Source: Escherichia phage vB_EcoM_MM02. From it: a stretch of DNA of 64,000 bases. Of this stretch, positions 7,892 through 17,005 are shown piece after piece (within the stretch, counting starts at the first letter, position 1; every line of letters begins with the position of its first letter). The position numbers and the translations under genes are program-made. Below the pieces are notes generated by a model. The model ran no database searches and had not been told where the DNA came from. It saw nothing but the letters and a program-made list of their open reading frames with translations. The stretch lies in sequence record MK373784.1; one strand, 5' to 3'.

Positions 7892-8432
7892 GGATTAAAT
7901 TGTTAGTGAAATTAGGACTAACAACCATAGTTTCATAAAGCGCATCAATAGCACTTAAAGCATCAACTCTTTTAAGCAAAGGCTTGCCTTCATACATAGT
8001 TTCAGAATCGATGATTAACGTAAAGTAATATTTTTTATTATCGACTAGAACTTCTGTATCGATATAAAACATATTAGACCTCAGAAGCTTATCTCTAAAA
8101 CCATAATAATCTTCAGAGCGTTCGCTGATATATTCCCATTCAGTGTTTAAACAACAAACAGACCATGTAGGAGCAACGAAATCAGTGAATCTAATATCAT
8201 GGTCTGCAACTAGTTTAGCAATAGCTCCGATATCATGAATCATAATACCTGGGGCTAATAAAGATTTTCTGCTATGGCTAGCCGTTTTCTCGGTGGTCTC
8301 ATAAGAAGACGACCAGTACCATTTACGTCCGGTTGCAACATATCGTAATGAATCAACTAAAGACGTAGGTGGATTTACCTTATCTCGGAACTCTTCGAAC
8401 ATTGAGTCAATATCATTATTTTGGTTTCGCAT
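7830..8432 (-). CDS. hypothetical protein
   Basis: Start chosen at MRNQNND with SD AAGGAG; C-terminal region ...EQFIMECREY... Confidence 0.5.
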   Translation of the reverse strand: MRNQNNDIDSMFEEFRDKVNPPTSLVDSLRYVATGRKWYWSSSYETTEKTASHSRKSLLAPGIMIHDIGAIAKLVADHDIRFTDFVAPTWSVCCLNTEWEYISERSEDYYGFRDKLLRSNMFYIDTEVLVDNKKYYFTLIIDSETMYEGKPLLKRVDALSAIDALYETMVVSPNFTNNLILEQFIMECREYVKANPIHAK

Positions 8433-8450
8433 GTTAACTCCTTTATTATC

Positions 8451-8473
8451 CAAAAGGAGGACCGGAGTCCTCC
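8451..8473 (-). terminator. intrinsic terminator-like hairpin
   Basis: GGAGGAC-CGGA-GTCCTCC 7-bp stem followed by T-run on minus strand. Confidence 0.45.
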
Positions 8474-8481
8474 GTATTATT

Positions 8482-9090
8482 TTATTTCAAAGAGTTAATA
8501 TATTCTTGTACATCAGCAGAAGTGGTTTCGACGCCGGCTGGAGTGCCATTGAACGTTTCAACACGAGTCAGAGTGTCTTCGATATCAACCTTAGTCAGTG
8601 CAGCTATTTCAATTACATCATCGGCCGTAGAGATACCAAGGGCATTGGCTGCTCGAGTTTCACGAATGTATTCGAGTTTGATTGCCAGGTTCTGACGAGC
8701 ATCGTCAAGTTCAACCACCTTACGAGCAATTTCAATTCGCATAGCGGCGTACCCGTCAGCTTTTGTATTAAGTTGTTCGGCAGTTCGACGATACAGAAGA
8801 CCAAGCTTAGCATGCATAGTAACATCTTGTCCTTCAGCCAGGAGCTTACGAATTTCACGTTCCTTAGAAGCGGCTTGCTTGTTCTTTTCATTAACAAGTT
8901 CGCGAATACGTTTTTCTTCATTAATAGATTTAACAGAAGCCGTTTTTAGTTCTTTGATTTGGGTAATCAACTTATCTGCAGCTGCGTTATACTGTTCTTC
9001 GACAGTCAGATTTTTAGCCATAGCAGTATCCAGTTTAGTGCGAATGAATTCAACAAGTTTCTTCAGTGTGTTCATATTATTACCTTTCAA
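8482..9090 (-). CDS. coiled-coil protein, unknown function
   Basis: 202 aa; heptad-like charged/hydrophobic periodicity throughout. Confidence 0.45.
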   Translation of the reverse strand: MKGNNMNTLKKLVEFIRTKLDTAMAKNLTVEEQYNAAADKLITQIKELKTASVKSINEEKRIRELVNEKNKQAASKEREIRKLLAEGQDVTMHAKLGLLYRRTAEQLNTKADGYAAMRIEIARKVVELDDARQNLAIKLEYIRETRAANALGISTADDVIEIAALTKVDIEDTLTRVETFNGTPAGVETTSADVQEYINSLK

Positions 9091-9145
9091 TTGGTGGTTT
9101 ATTATCCAACGAGAGCATTATACTCTGCTCTCAAGAGTTTGTAAA

Positions 9146-9373
9146 TTATTTTTTAATCAAATTGACATAAAACTTGGCGTCTTCGGGGTGCATGCCTTCG
9201 CAGTATTCTTCAACCATGAACTTCTTAACAGCTTCATAAGGACCACTCAGATTAAGCTCAGTTGTCCAGAACTTGGAATCTTGGACTGAATCGATACGAA
9301 CTTCAGGGTGGCGGTTGCGAATAACTTCTTCTGTGTATTCATAATCAACGACATCAATACTAACTTTAGCCAT
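9146..9373 (-). CDS. hypothetical protein
   Basis: 75 aa ORF; SD AAGAGGAAAA; early-type promoter upstream. Confidence 0.45.
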   Translation of the reverse strand: MAKVSIDVVDYEYTEEVIRNRHPEVRIDSVQDSKFWTTELNLSGPYEAVKKFMVEEYCEGMHPEDAKFYVNLIKK

Positions 9374-9400
9374 TTTGTTTTCCTCTTGATTTGATAGGAC

Positions 9401-9430
9401 TACTATAACATAAACTTACTTAGATGTAAA
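9401..9430 (-). promoter_or_regulatory. early-type promoter ATTTAC-N18-TGtTATAGT
   Basis: Minus strand ATTTACATCTAAGTAAGTTTATGTTATAGT followed by family-2 leader. Confidence 0.4.
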
Positions 9431-9584
9431 TTATTTCAACGTCACCTTTAGCTGCTTTATAACCTTCAGCCCAAGATACAACAGAGTTTTTATCCGAGGA
9501 TTCAAATTCAGGCATTGGACTTTCACCAATATTCACACAGTATGTTTCTTCATTTTCATCGAACCAAATAATTAAAGTAGTCAT
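9420..9584 (-). CDS. hypothetical small protein
   Basis: Start chosen at MTTLIIWFDE with SD GAGGAG; leader is a 42-bp exact copy of the leader at 45880-45921. Confidence 0.4.
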   Translation of the reverse strand: MTTLIIWFDENEETYCVNIGESPMPEFESSDKNSVVSWAEGYKAAKGDVEIIYI

Positions 9585-9643
9585 TTTGTTTACTCCTCTG
9601 TAGTTGATAAGTCTATAGTACCACCATCCTTGGCGTTTGTACA

Positions 9644-10147
9644 TCATTTATTTTTAATTTTGCAAATTTTTTCTGCTTCAGCAATTGCAGCGTCAATGAT
9701 GCTTTGTGCAATTTTATTACTAGTTGACCTGGCAATCACACTAAGAACAATTTCTTTTTCTTCACCACCCCAACCCCAAGTCCTTTGTTCGTGGGTACCT
9801 TTAACTACAGCTGAAACTTCAACAGAACGTCCACCATCAGAAGTTTTAACATCTACAACCCAATCACCATCTTTCTCTTCTACCCTTGATTTATCCCAAG
9901 AAATACTAATATATGATTCGCCGTCAATAGAAGTCGCCGGGTTTTTCTCTACCGTAAGACCTTCACTTTCCAGCCATTCAATAGTATTTGCGCATAAATC
10001 AGAAGAACACCTCATCGGAAACCGGCAAGATTTTTCACCTTTAGATGCTGCATCGTACATCTTTTCCAAAATACGCTTTTGCACGTTTTTAAAAATAGTT
10101 TCAGCAGATTCTTCAGATTTTTTATTCAGTTCAGTGTAAAGACTCAT
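9644..10147 (-). CDS. hypothetical protein
   Basis: 167 aa ORF; SD GAGGAAAA; promoter upstream at 10176-10204. Confidence 0.5.
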   Translation of the reverse strand: MSLYTELNKKSEESAETIFKNVQKRILEKMYDAASKGEKSCRFPMRCSSDLCANTIEWLESEGLTVEKNPATSIDGESYISISWDKSRVEEKDGDWVVDVKTSDGGRSVEVSAVVKGTHEQRTWGWGGEEKEIVLSVIARSTSNKIAQSIIDAAIAEAEKICKIKNK

Positions 10148-10175
10148 AACATTTTCCTCTATGGTTGATAAGTCT

Positions 10176-10204
10176 ATAGTATCATGTCCTTAGAAGAAGT
10201 AAAC
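10176..10204 (-). promoter_or_regulatory. early-type promoter GTTTAC-N17-TACTAT
   Basis: Minus strand GTTTACTTCTTCTAAGGACATGATACTAT followed by family-1 leader. Confidence 0.45.
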
Positions 10205-10235
10205 ATCTTTATGAAATATTTTTATGCCCTAGATA

Positions 10236-10264
10236 CCAAAAGGCCCCAACCATAAGGAAGGGGC
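10236..10264 (-). terminator. intrinsic terminator
   Basis: Interrupted stem GCCCC..CC / GG..GGGGC followed by T-run on minus strand, just downstream of the 10271-10735 gene. Confidence 0.5.
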
Positions 10265-10270
10265 ATTCTA

Positions 10271-10735
10271 TTATTTAATTTGTTTAGCAGACCAGATACG
10301 GTCTTTAATAAGTTTTTGGATATCTTCAACATACTCAAGGCTATGAGCGTGAGGATTATCTTTGAAGCTATGTGCTCGTGCCAGTTTCTGGCCTTCTGTT
10401 TTGATTACTAAAAGCTCTTTAAGAATTGCTTCATACTTAGAAATAATTCCTTTGGCGATATTTTTTTCTTGAGCTGCTTTAGGGTCTGTTTTTGGCGCAG
10501 GTGCTTTACCTGTAGCTTTCTGGAACAATTCACCTGATGCAGCTAGGCTTTTAAAAACTCGGCTAACAGTATTAGCATTAGTAAAACCTTCGGCTTTAAA
10601 ATCTCTAATAAAACGGAAACGTTCTTCATCAGAGGCGTCTTTGTAAGAATATTTACCTGCTTGAATTGCTGCAATCGCAGCGGCTTTTACATCTGAACTA
10701 GATTGTTCAGTCAAAAATTCAGCGTATGATTTCAT
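10271..10735 (-). CDS. internal protein-like, capsid targeting sequence
   Basis: 154 aa; N-terminus MKSYAEFLTE fits the CTS pattern; SD AGGAAAAG. Confidence 0.55.
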   Translation of the reverse strand: MKSYAEFLTEQSSSDVKAAAIAAIQAGKYSYKDASDEERFRFIRDFKAEGFTNANTVSRVFKSLAASGELFQKATGKAPAPKTDPKAAQEKNIAKGIISKYEAILKELLVIKTEGQKLARAHSFKDNPHAHSLEYVEDIQKLIKDRIWSAKQIK

Positions 10736-10775
10736 GTTGCTTTTCCTAAGTTAATTAACTTATCTATTTATTATG

Positions 10776-10804
10776 CCAAAAAGCCCCGACCTTTCGGAAG
10801 GGGC
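10776..10804 (-). terminator. intrinsic terminator
   Basis: Stem AGCCCC..CC-GAAA-GG..GGGGCT followed by TTTTT on minus strand. Confidence 0.5.
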
Positions 10805-10809
10805 TAAGC

Positions 10810-11116
10810 CTTGCGGCAACCTTGTCGGGGTTCCACCTGCTAAGGCAAGTGTTTGTACGAAACGCCGGGATTCGAACCCGGTTATTAAGCAGTTGACGCT
10901 ACTCAATATTTTTAAAAGGCCATATCTCGACCATATCCGAACGTTCCGTCAAAAACGCTACTCGGCTTACGGCAAAGATATTTCCTCGAATCGATAATTC
11001 GGTGCGCCGTTTCTGCTGTGATGTAAGGGGATATTAACAAATCGTAAAGATTTATTAAGACCAGTCCTTACTCAGGGAACATCAGTCCGACGACTTGCCG
11101 GTAGCGACCCGGCTTC
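10810..11116 (-). ncRNA. non-coding region with tRNA-like T-arm; possible small stable RNA or degenerate tRNA
   Basis: Minus strand contains CCGGGTTCGAATCCCGG (canonical T-arm) but I could not fold a complete cloverleaf by hand; no plausible ORF. Confidence 0.3.
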
Positions 11117-11461
11117 TTATTTTGGCATATCATCAATTTGCTCTCGACGCCGACGCCATAGATTAATCGCTTCATTAACACATTCAGCATTTGGTATATG
11201 ACGACAATAGTATAGTGATTCGCGTTTCTGGAACCGATGTTGTAATGGAATTTCGTTTAAAAGGTCTTTACGGTCAAAGTATTCAAAACTAGTTAACCCT
11301 GAACGGTTTTTAAGAAACTTCCAATGGCCAAATTCATTTTGGAAATAAACGTAATCAGCGTGTTGATATAACGAATTAATCAACCGGTCGGAAATAACTG
11401 TTTCACGTTCGTTAAAATAAAACGTTAAGTCATGAACTACCAGATAAATATTGCCTTTCAT
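11117..11461 (-). CDS. hypothetical protein between tRNA and small-RNA region
   Basis: Start chosen at MKGNIYLVV with SD GAGGAAAA; the longer ORF start would overlap tRNA-Arg. Confidence 0.45.
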   Translation of the reverse strand: MKGNIYLVVHDLTFYFNERETVISDRLINSLYQHADYVYFQNEFGHWKFLKNRSGLTSFEYFDRKDLLNEIPLQHRFQKRESLYYCRHIPNAECVNEAINLWRRRREQIDDMPK

Positions 11462-11479
11462 ATTTTCCTCACTTAAAGT

Positions 11480-11556
<77 letters not shown>

Positions 11557-11559
11557 GAT

Positions 11560-11634
11560 TGGTGACCCTGGCTGGTTTCGATCCAGCTACCTATCAGTTA
11601 TGAGCTGACAGCTCTCCCATTGAGCTACAGGGCC
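11560..11634 (-). tRNA. tRNA with CAT anticodon (Met or Ile-lysidine type)
   Basis: Hand-folded 75-nt cloverleaf: acceptor GGCCCTG/CAGGGTC, anticodon loop CTCATAA, T-arm GCTGG-ATCGAAA-CCAGC, encoded CCA. Confidence 0.65.
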
Positions 11635-11713
11635 TAAATAACTTTCTATTATGAAAGGCACTTTAGAGCACCTTTGGTAATAGAGGGTATGAATTAATAA
11701 TAACACATAATTC

Positions 11714-12229
11714 TTAAAGCAAATCAATCATTTTAACAGTCGGCAAAACGATTTCTTCTTCAATATAAGCAAATTCAACACATTCAACTACACGCAAGAA
11801 ATCATAATCATAATATTCAGAAGCATGGCCAAGAATATCAATGAGACCTTCTGATACTAAATATCCATTCTCATGGAACAGGTCGAATACACGCGATTCG
11901 TCTTCTTCAGATTTATTACCGAGGTCGACTTCAATATCAAAGACCTTTTTAATGAATTCTGGATAAAGCTGGTCTGAGAACAGTCCTTCAACCAAGTATT
12001 CATAGATTAAAAGCGAACAATCACTGAATAGTGTATTACCACAGTAACGTTCAGCTTTAGTGCTGGAATGACGGCTCTTAAATTTCTTTAAGAGATATTT
12101 AAACTGTTGGAGCTCATGCTCTTCTACACCAAATAATGTTTTGGTTTTATAGTTGTCGCCGTCATTTTCCCAAGTAGTGACATCAATTACGTAACCCTTA
12201 GGAATTGTACTGCCTAAACAAATATTCAT
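11714..12229 (-). CDS. hypothetical protein
   Basis: 171 aa ORF. Confidence 0.45.
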   Translation of the reverse strand: MNICLGSTIPKGYVIDVTTWENDGDNYKTKTLFGVEEHELQQFKYLLKKFKSRHSSTKAERYCGNTLFSDCSLLIYEYLVEGLFSDQLYPEFIKKVFDIEVDLGNKSEEDESRVFDLFHENGYLVSEGLIDILGHASEYYDYDFLRVVECVEFAYIEEEIVLPTVKMIDLL

Positions 12230-12233
12230 TTAC

Positions 12234-12524
12234 TCACCGTACCATATTAATGTAATTATATTCAATGCAACGTAATTTCAAAGGATTCTTGAAAATATCA
12301 TATTCAAGAGGGCCTTTTTCTGTTTCAATAAAGAAATCAAAGTTAACTGTGTTAAATTTATCGTCTTCACAGAGTAATTTAACTTGCGAAGATGAACGGT
12401 CGATATAAACCTTTTCAACCTCAAAGTTAGTCAGAATACCGTAGTCATCAACTAGTGCTTTAGCTGCACGTTGATCGCTTTCATATCCATTCTCAATGGA
12501 CGATACTTTAGCATAAAGAATCAT
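12234..12524 (-). CDS. hypothetical protein
   Basis: 96 aa ORF tightly packed with neighbours. Confidence 0.4.
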   Translation of the reverse strand: MILYAKVSSIENGYESDQRAAKALVDDYGILTNFEVEKVYIDRSSSQVKLLCEDDKFNTVNFDFFIETEKGPLEYDIFKNPLKLRCIEYNYINMVR

Positions 12525-12883
12525 GAATGTTCCACCATTTCAAAGGTATGAGCATCAACAATATGATACCAGTCAAAATTTTCTTCTGCGTTTTTATAAA
12601 TTTCGCGAAGAGCCTCAACAGTTTTTCCTGTAGCAACAAGGTCGTCAATACCACCAAGAGGATAACAGTCATAACCAGCAAACAGAAGGAAATTAATAGT
12701 TTCTGTAGGTTCTGGATGCAGTGTACCGTTGTCATCGACTACTTCAAAGAACATATAACCAGGCGATTTAGATTTAATCCAAGCCCATGCTTGAGCTGCT
12801 GAATCAAATGGTCTGCGTATCAAACGACAATCATGGTCTTTAGAAGGATTTGCTTCAAAATCCGCATATACGTGATATTTCAT
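12521..12883 (-). CDS. hypothetical protein
   Basis: Start chosen at MKYHVYADF with SD AAAGGTGAG. Confidence 0.4.
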   Translation of the reverse strand: MKYHVYADFEANPSKDHDCRLIRRPFDSAAQAWAWIKSKSPGYMFFEVVDDNGTLHPEPTETINFLLFAGYDCYPLGGIDDLVATGKTVEALREIYKNAEENFDWYHIVDAHTFEMVEHS

Positions 12884-12884
12884 T

Positions 12885-13091
12885 TTACTCACCTTTTGCA
12901 ATTTTATCCATAACAATAGCGATTAAACCGATTAGAAATGCTACTACCAATGAGATAGAATTTTCAGTTGTTGTCAGTAGTCCGCAAATGAATCCTACAA
13001 ACATCGAAAAACTAAAAGCCATTGAAGCAATTACTACAGCAACATTACGAATCAGTTCAGCGCGTTTCATTTTATTTCTCCATTTACTCAT
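12885..13091 (-). CDS. small membrane protein
   Basis: 68 aa, two hydrophobic segments. Confidence 0.4.
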   Translation of the reverse strand: MSKWRNKMKRAELIRNVAVVIASMAFSFSMFVGFICGLLTTTENSISLVVAFLIGLIAIVMDKIAKGE

Positions 13092-13107
13092 TTGTTTTGA
13101 TAGGACT

Positions 13108-13137
13108 ACTATAACATAGTCCTACCAAGATGTAAAC
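13108..13137 (-). promoter_or_regulatory. early-type promoter GTTTAC-N18-TGtTATAGT
   Basis: Minus strand GTTTACATCTTGGTAGGACTATGTTATAGT; palindrome ATAGGACTA-N8-TAGTCCTAc overlaps the -10. Confidence 0.45.
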
Positions 13138-13140
13138 TAC

Positions 13141-13428
13141 TTACAGAAGAGTTTTTGCAATAATTTTAAGCTGAGCTACAGAAATATGCTTAGCTTTAAA
13201 CAGTGCAGTCTCTTCGGCCGGAGAGATAACAATAGTAGCGCCGTCTTTCTTAGCAGACCATCCATCCCCTAAGTAAACAGTACCTTTTACTTCTTCGCCG
13301 TCAACCAGACTAATCATTGGTTTACCCTCACGTCCTTTATTTGCTTTAATAACTTCGGAAGTAAGGGTTGCTTCGGTCAGAGTAGAAACGTTAGCAACAG
13401 GTGATATAAATTCTTTATAGGTTTTCAT
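13141..13428 (-). CDS. ipI: internal protein I-like, capsid-targeted
   Basis: 95 aa (same length as T4 IPI); N-terminus MKTYKEFISP; sits next to 57B as in T4. Confidence 0.6.
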   Translation of the reverse strand: MKTYKEFISPVANVSTLTEATLTSEVIKANKGREGKPMISLVDGEEVKGTVYLGDGWSAKKDGATIVISPAEETALFKAKHISVAQLKIIAKTLL

Positions 13429-13462
13429 TTTATTTCCTTGAGGTTGTTTATTTGATAGGATG

Positions 13463-13492
13463 ATAGTAACACACCATCATCCTTATGTAAAC
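13463..13492 (-). promoter_or_regulatory. early-type promoter GTTTAC-N18-TACTAT
   Basis: Minus strand GTTTACATAAGGATGATGGTGTGTTACTAT; palindrome AGGATGAT-N11-ATCATCCT overlaps it. Confidence 0.45.
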
Positions 13493-13505
13493 TGTTTTGT
13501 GAAAA

Positions 13506-14191
<686 letters not shown>

Positions 14192-14195
14192 TTTA

Positions 14196-14930
14196 TTACC
14201 TTAAGATTGTTTCAATTTTAGAATAAAGCTCTTCTAAAGAGCCGTCGTTTGTAATAACTAAATCGCCTTCTTCAATAGGCAACCCAGCTTCTGTAATATG
14301 TTTATCGGTGGATTCCGTACCAGAGCGAACCACATGAATAACTGTAGCACCCATCGCTCTAGCGGTTTCCATTTCATGGACTTGGCGTGTATCGGTTACA
14401 ACATAGTAATCGAAATCACTTCCAATATAATCCATATAGTTTAATGCAAAAAGTTTAACCCAATACATACGGTCAAATAAATTAACGACAACATCCGTAC
14501 CGAGGGCTTGCATAAGACGGCGGACTGACCATGTGTCGTTGATATTATTTATAGCTTCACGCAGGGCTTCATATGGTTTAATATCTAGATACGAATATCC
14601 ACCTTCTAACGATGATAATACTTTAACATTATTAATCGGTAAATAATGACTTTGCAAATAAATTAGCGCTTCTTCCAATAATTCAATAACATCCAACTTA
14701 TTGAGATTTAATGGTGTTTCACGGTCGTATCCAATGCCTTCAAAGTATTCGTATTTCAACTCGGTGAATACATCAGGGTTTTCAGCATGTTTACGACCCC
14801 ATGCGATTGCCAATGCATCTTTAATTGGATATGCTAATTGATATTTTACAGATTTAAAGTTTGAATTGATATAATCAGCAGTAGTATCTTTGCCACTACG
14901 TTTGATGCCACTTAAAAAGATTAGCTCCAT
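14196..14930 (-). CDS. 1: deoxynucleoside monophosphate kinase
   Basis: MELIFLSGIKRSGKDTTADYI... closely matches T4 gp1 as recalled; P-loop GIKRSGKDT. Confidence 0.9.
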   Translation of the reverse strand: MELIFLSGIKRSGKDTTADYINSNFKSVKYQLAYPIKDALAIAWGRKHAENPDVFTELKYEYFEGIGYDRETPLNLNKLDVIELLEEALIYLQSHYLPINNVKVLSSLEGGYSYLDIKPYEALREAINNINDTWSVRRLMQALGTDVVVNLFDRMYWVKLFALNYMDYIGSDFDYYVVTDTRQVHEMETARAMGATVIHVVRSGTESTDKHITEAGLPIEEGDLVITNDGSLEELYSKIETILR

Positions 14931-14983
14931 AGGTTTTCCTCATATAATTTATGAGTGATTATAACATACGGAGCTAGAAGCGA

Positions 14984-15574
14984 TTAACGCAAGGAAGGGT
15001 GTCTAGAAATGGATTTAGATTCGACTGCTTGACGTGGTTGTTGAGATACAATGACTTCACCATCCTTTTCTATCGTCATATACGCATAGTGAATAGTTGC
15101 TACGCATGTAACGGCAGGGTCAGAGTCTTCAGTGTAACTAAATTCAATTTCACTCAAATCAGAAATCCATGGTTTATAGAAATTCGCCGTCAAAACTACT
15201 TCAGTCTTATTGTTGTTTAAAATGTGCAAAGTAACAAACTCAGGACCATCGGAGTGGGCTGTATTATGACCGGTTATATAGTTATTAGTGCTGAGCATCC
15301 ATTTATACATGTTCATCCAGGACGTCATGTCTTCATCAACTATAAATCGTACAACAAAAGGGTCATATTCAAATGTGGTGCCTGCACGCATTGCACGTCC
15401 TAGCCCCATCGTGCCTGTCACAGTTTCAACAACAGGAATTCTCACACCTGGCAATGGAGCCGTTTGGGCATTGAGCACAAAACCTGAAGTTCGTGTACTA
15501 TCTGGGATATCCACAACAAAGTTTGTTATATTTGTTTGGTTAAAAATCTGTCTCGCTGGACGAGTCATAAGCAC
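14984..15574 (-). CDS. 3: tail completion / sheath stabiliser
   Basis: 196 aa ORF in the T4 gene 3 position between genes 1 and 2; start uncertain. Confidence 0.65.
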   Translation of the reverse strand: MLMTRPARQIFNQTNITNFVVDIPDSTRTSGFVLNAQTAPLPGVRIPVVETVTGTMGLGRAMRAGTTFEYDPFVVRFIVDEDMTSWMNMYKWMLSTNNYITGHNTAHSDGPEFVTLHILNNNKTEVVLTANFYKPWISDLSEIEFSYTEDSDPAVTCVATIHYAYMTIEKDGEVIVSQQPRQAVESKSISRHPSLR

Positions 15575-15670
15575 CTCAAAAACGCTTTAATAAAAATGCA
15601 GTATAATGGTTTTAGGTCTCTTCCATTAATCCGGTTCAACAGAATATCAGAAGAACGGAAGAGAATAGAA

Positions 15671-16492
15671 TTAAGATTTCCAAACAGTATTCGCAGAGAA
15701 ACGTTTTCCTTTTGACATAAACTGCTGAGTAGGTAACATGATTATGTTAGCCCAGTCTTTAGGAGCTATTTCTGTTATTGTTCCTCTAATGTGGCCTGGC
15801 AGGTATGCTTTAATCATTTTGTCAGCACCTTGAAATCCTTTCACCTTGCTCCAGTCTATCTTCAACTTTGTGTTATTAGTAATAGTAGTTGTGCTAGCAT
15901 ATTGCTTCAGCAATTCTTCAAGAAACTGTTGTCGTGCTTTAGGTGGGATATAGTGCAAGTTTAACCCGTACATCAAATTATGTTTACCTAATCCTAAATA
16001 AATAATCAAAGGATATCTGTCCCAATACGGCAGAGTATCTTTATGTTTAGCATCATACACGTAAGTATAAATTTTGCCTGGCGTAGGCTTGACTACTTTA
16101 TGACCTTTTACACTTTTCTTAATTGTTTCAACAAACCACTTAGATGATTTATTGTTTACTGCTGCGCCTTCATTTCTAATCTTTTCTCGTATTGAACTGC
16201 GAAACGAGTTTATCATCAGAAGTTGACGTTCTTGCTTATTGAGTTTATTTTTAGGTTTAGATTCAAGCGTTTCAATTTTCTGTGCAGTCTTAATAGATGA
16301 TGCATATCTAGACATTGCAGATGTAAACGACGAGTATTTTATTCCTTTTGATTCTGCAAATGCTTTTGCAGTGATTCCTTTCTCTTTAGCTTTCTTGTAT
16401 TCTAATCCTATCTCAATCCATTTTCTTTCATTCATAGACTGAGCAATCTTAGGGGCTTGTACGCCTTCAGATATAATTTGGAATATGCTCAT
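15671..16492 (-). CDS. 2: DNA end protector protein
   Basis: 273 aa (T4 gp2 is 274) in conserved position between genes 3 and 4. Confidence 0.7.
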   Translation of the reverse strand: MSIFQIISEGVQAPKIAQSMNERKWIEIGLEYKKAKEKGITAKAFAESKGIKYSSFTSAMSRYASSIKTAQKIETLESKPKNKLNKQERQLLMINSFRSSIREKIRNEGAAVNNKSSKWFVETIKKSVKGHKVVKPTPGKIYTYVYDAKHKDTLPYWDRYPLIIYLGLGKHNLMYGLNLHYIPPKARQQFLEELLKQYASTTTITNNTKLKIDWSKVKGFQGADKMIKAYLPGHIRGTITEIAPKDWANIIMLPTQQFMSKGKRFSANTVWKS

Positions 16493-16494
16493 AA

Positions 16495-16944
16495 TTACCC
16501 CTTGTATCCGAGTTTCCTAAGTCCATCTTCGGTTAGAACTCGAAATTTTATATTTCTCTTTTCAGCAACAGCTGAGGCAGCTTTCCATTTGTCGCAGTTT
16601 ACAGACCAGGTATATATTTCATTCATATAACGTTTCTTTGCTGCGGTAGTAAGATTTGCAGGCTTAATAGGTGGTTGAGTTTCTTTCTTTGGTTTTATTT
16701 CTACAAAGAACTCTTGACCTGATGCATCTTTCATCCATATGTCCATATAGTATCGACGTTTCTTACCTTCTGCGTTACAGAAATATGGAATTACTGCTGT
16801 TTCACTACCCCATGCAATAATTTCTGGATTTTTATCCAACCATTCGAAAAAGAATTTTTCCCAGTTTGAACGATACGTTATTTTGGTATGGTCTCCACGG
16901 TATTTTTTTAAATTTTTTGGGACCCATTTACCAGAGTAGGCCAT
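16495..16944 (-). CDS. 4: head completion protein
   Basis: Start chosen at MAYSGKWVP with SD GGAGGA giving 149 aa (T4 gp4 is 150); synteny. Confidence 0.7.
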   Translation of the reverse strand: MAYSGKWVPKNLKKYRGDHTKITYRSNWEKFFFEWLDKNPEIIAWGSETAVIPYFCNAEGKKRRYYMDIWMKDASGQEFFVEIKPKKETQPPIKPANLTTAAKKRYMNEIYTWSVNCDKWKAASAVAEKRNIKFRVLTEDGLRKLGYKG

Positions 16945-16955
16945 GTTGTCCTCCT

Positions 16956-16978
16956 TATAAATAGTATTATTATTTATA
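16956..16978. promoter_or_regulatory. divergent late promoters (TATAAATA on both strands)
   Basis: Plus-strand TATAAATA at 16956-16963 toward gene 53; minus-strand TATAAATA (plus TATTTATA) at 16971-16978 toward gene 4. Confidence 0.5.
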
Positions 16979-17005
16979 CCAATTTCATATTGGAAGGAGA
17001 CTATC

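Noticed and set aside
8482-9090. PspA/IM30-like membrane-stress protein
   Set aside because: The coiled-coil pattern is suggestive, but I could not align it convincingly to PspA from memory; annotated only as a coiled-coil protein.
10773-10997. 74-aa plus-strand ORF in the tRNA-proximal non-coding region
   Set aside because: It overlaps a minus-strand terminator and the tRNA-like RNA region, has no SD, and is on the strand opposite to all surrounding early transcription.
11117-11461. Homing endonuclease (segB-like) between tRNA genes
   Set aside because: T4 has segB near its tRNA cluster, but this 114-aa protein shows no recognisable GIY-YIG, HNH or LAGLIDADG motif on reading; left as hypothetical.
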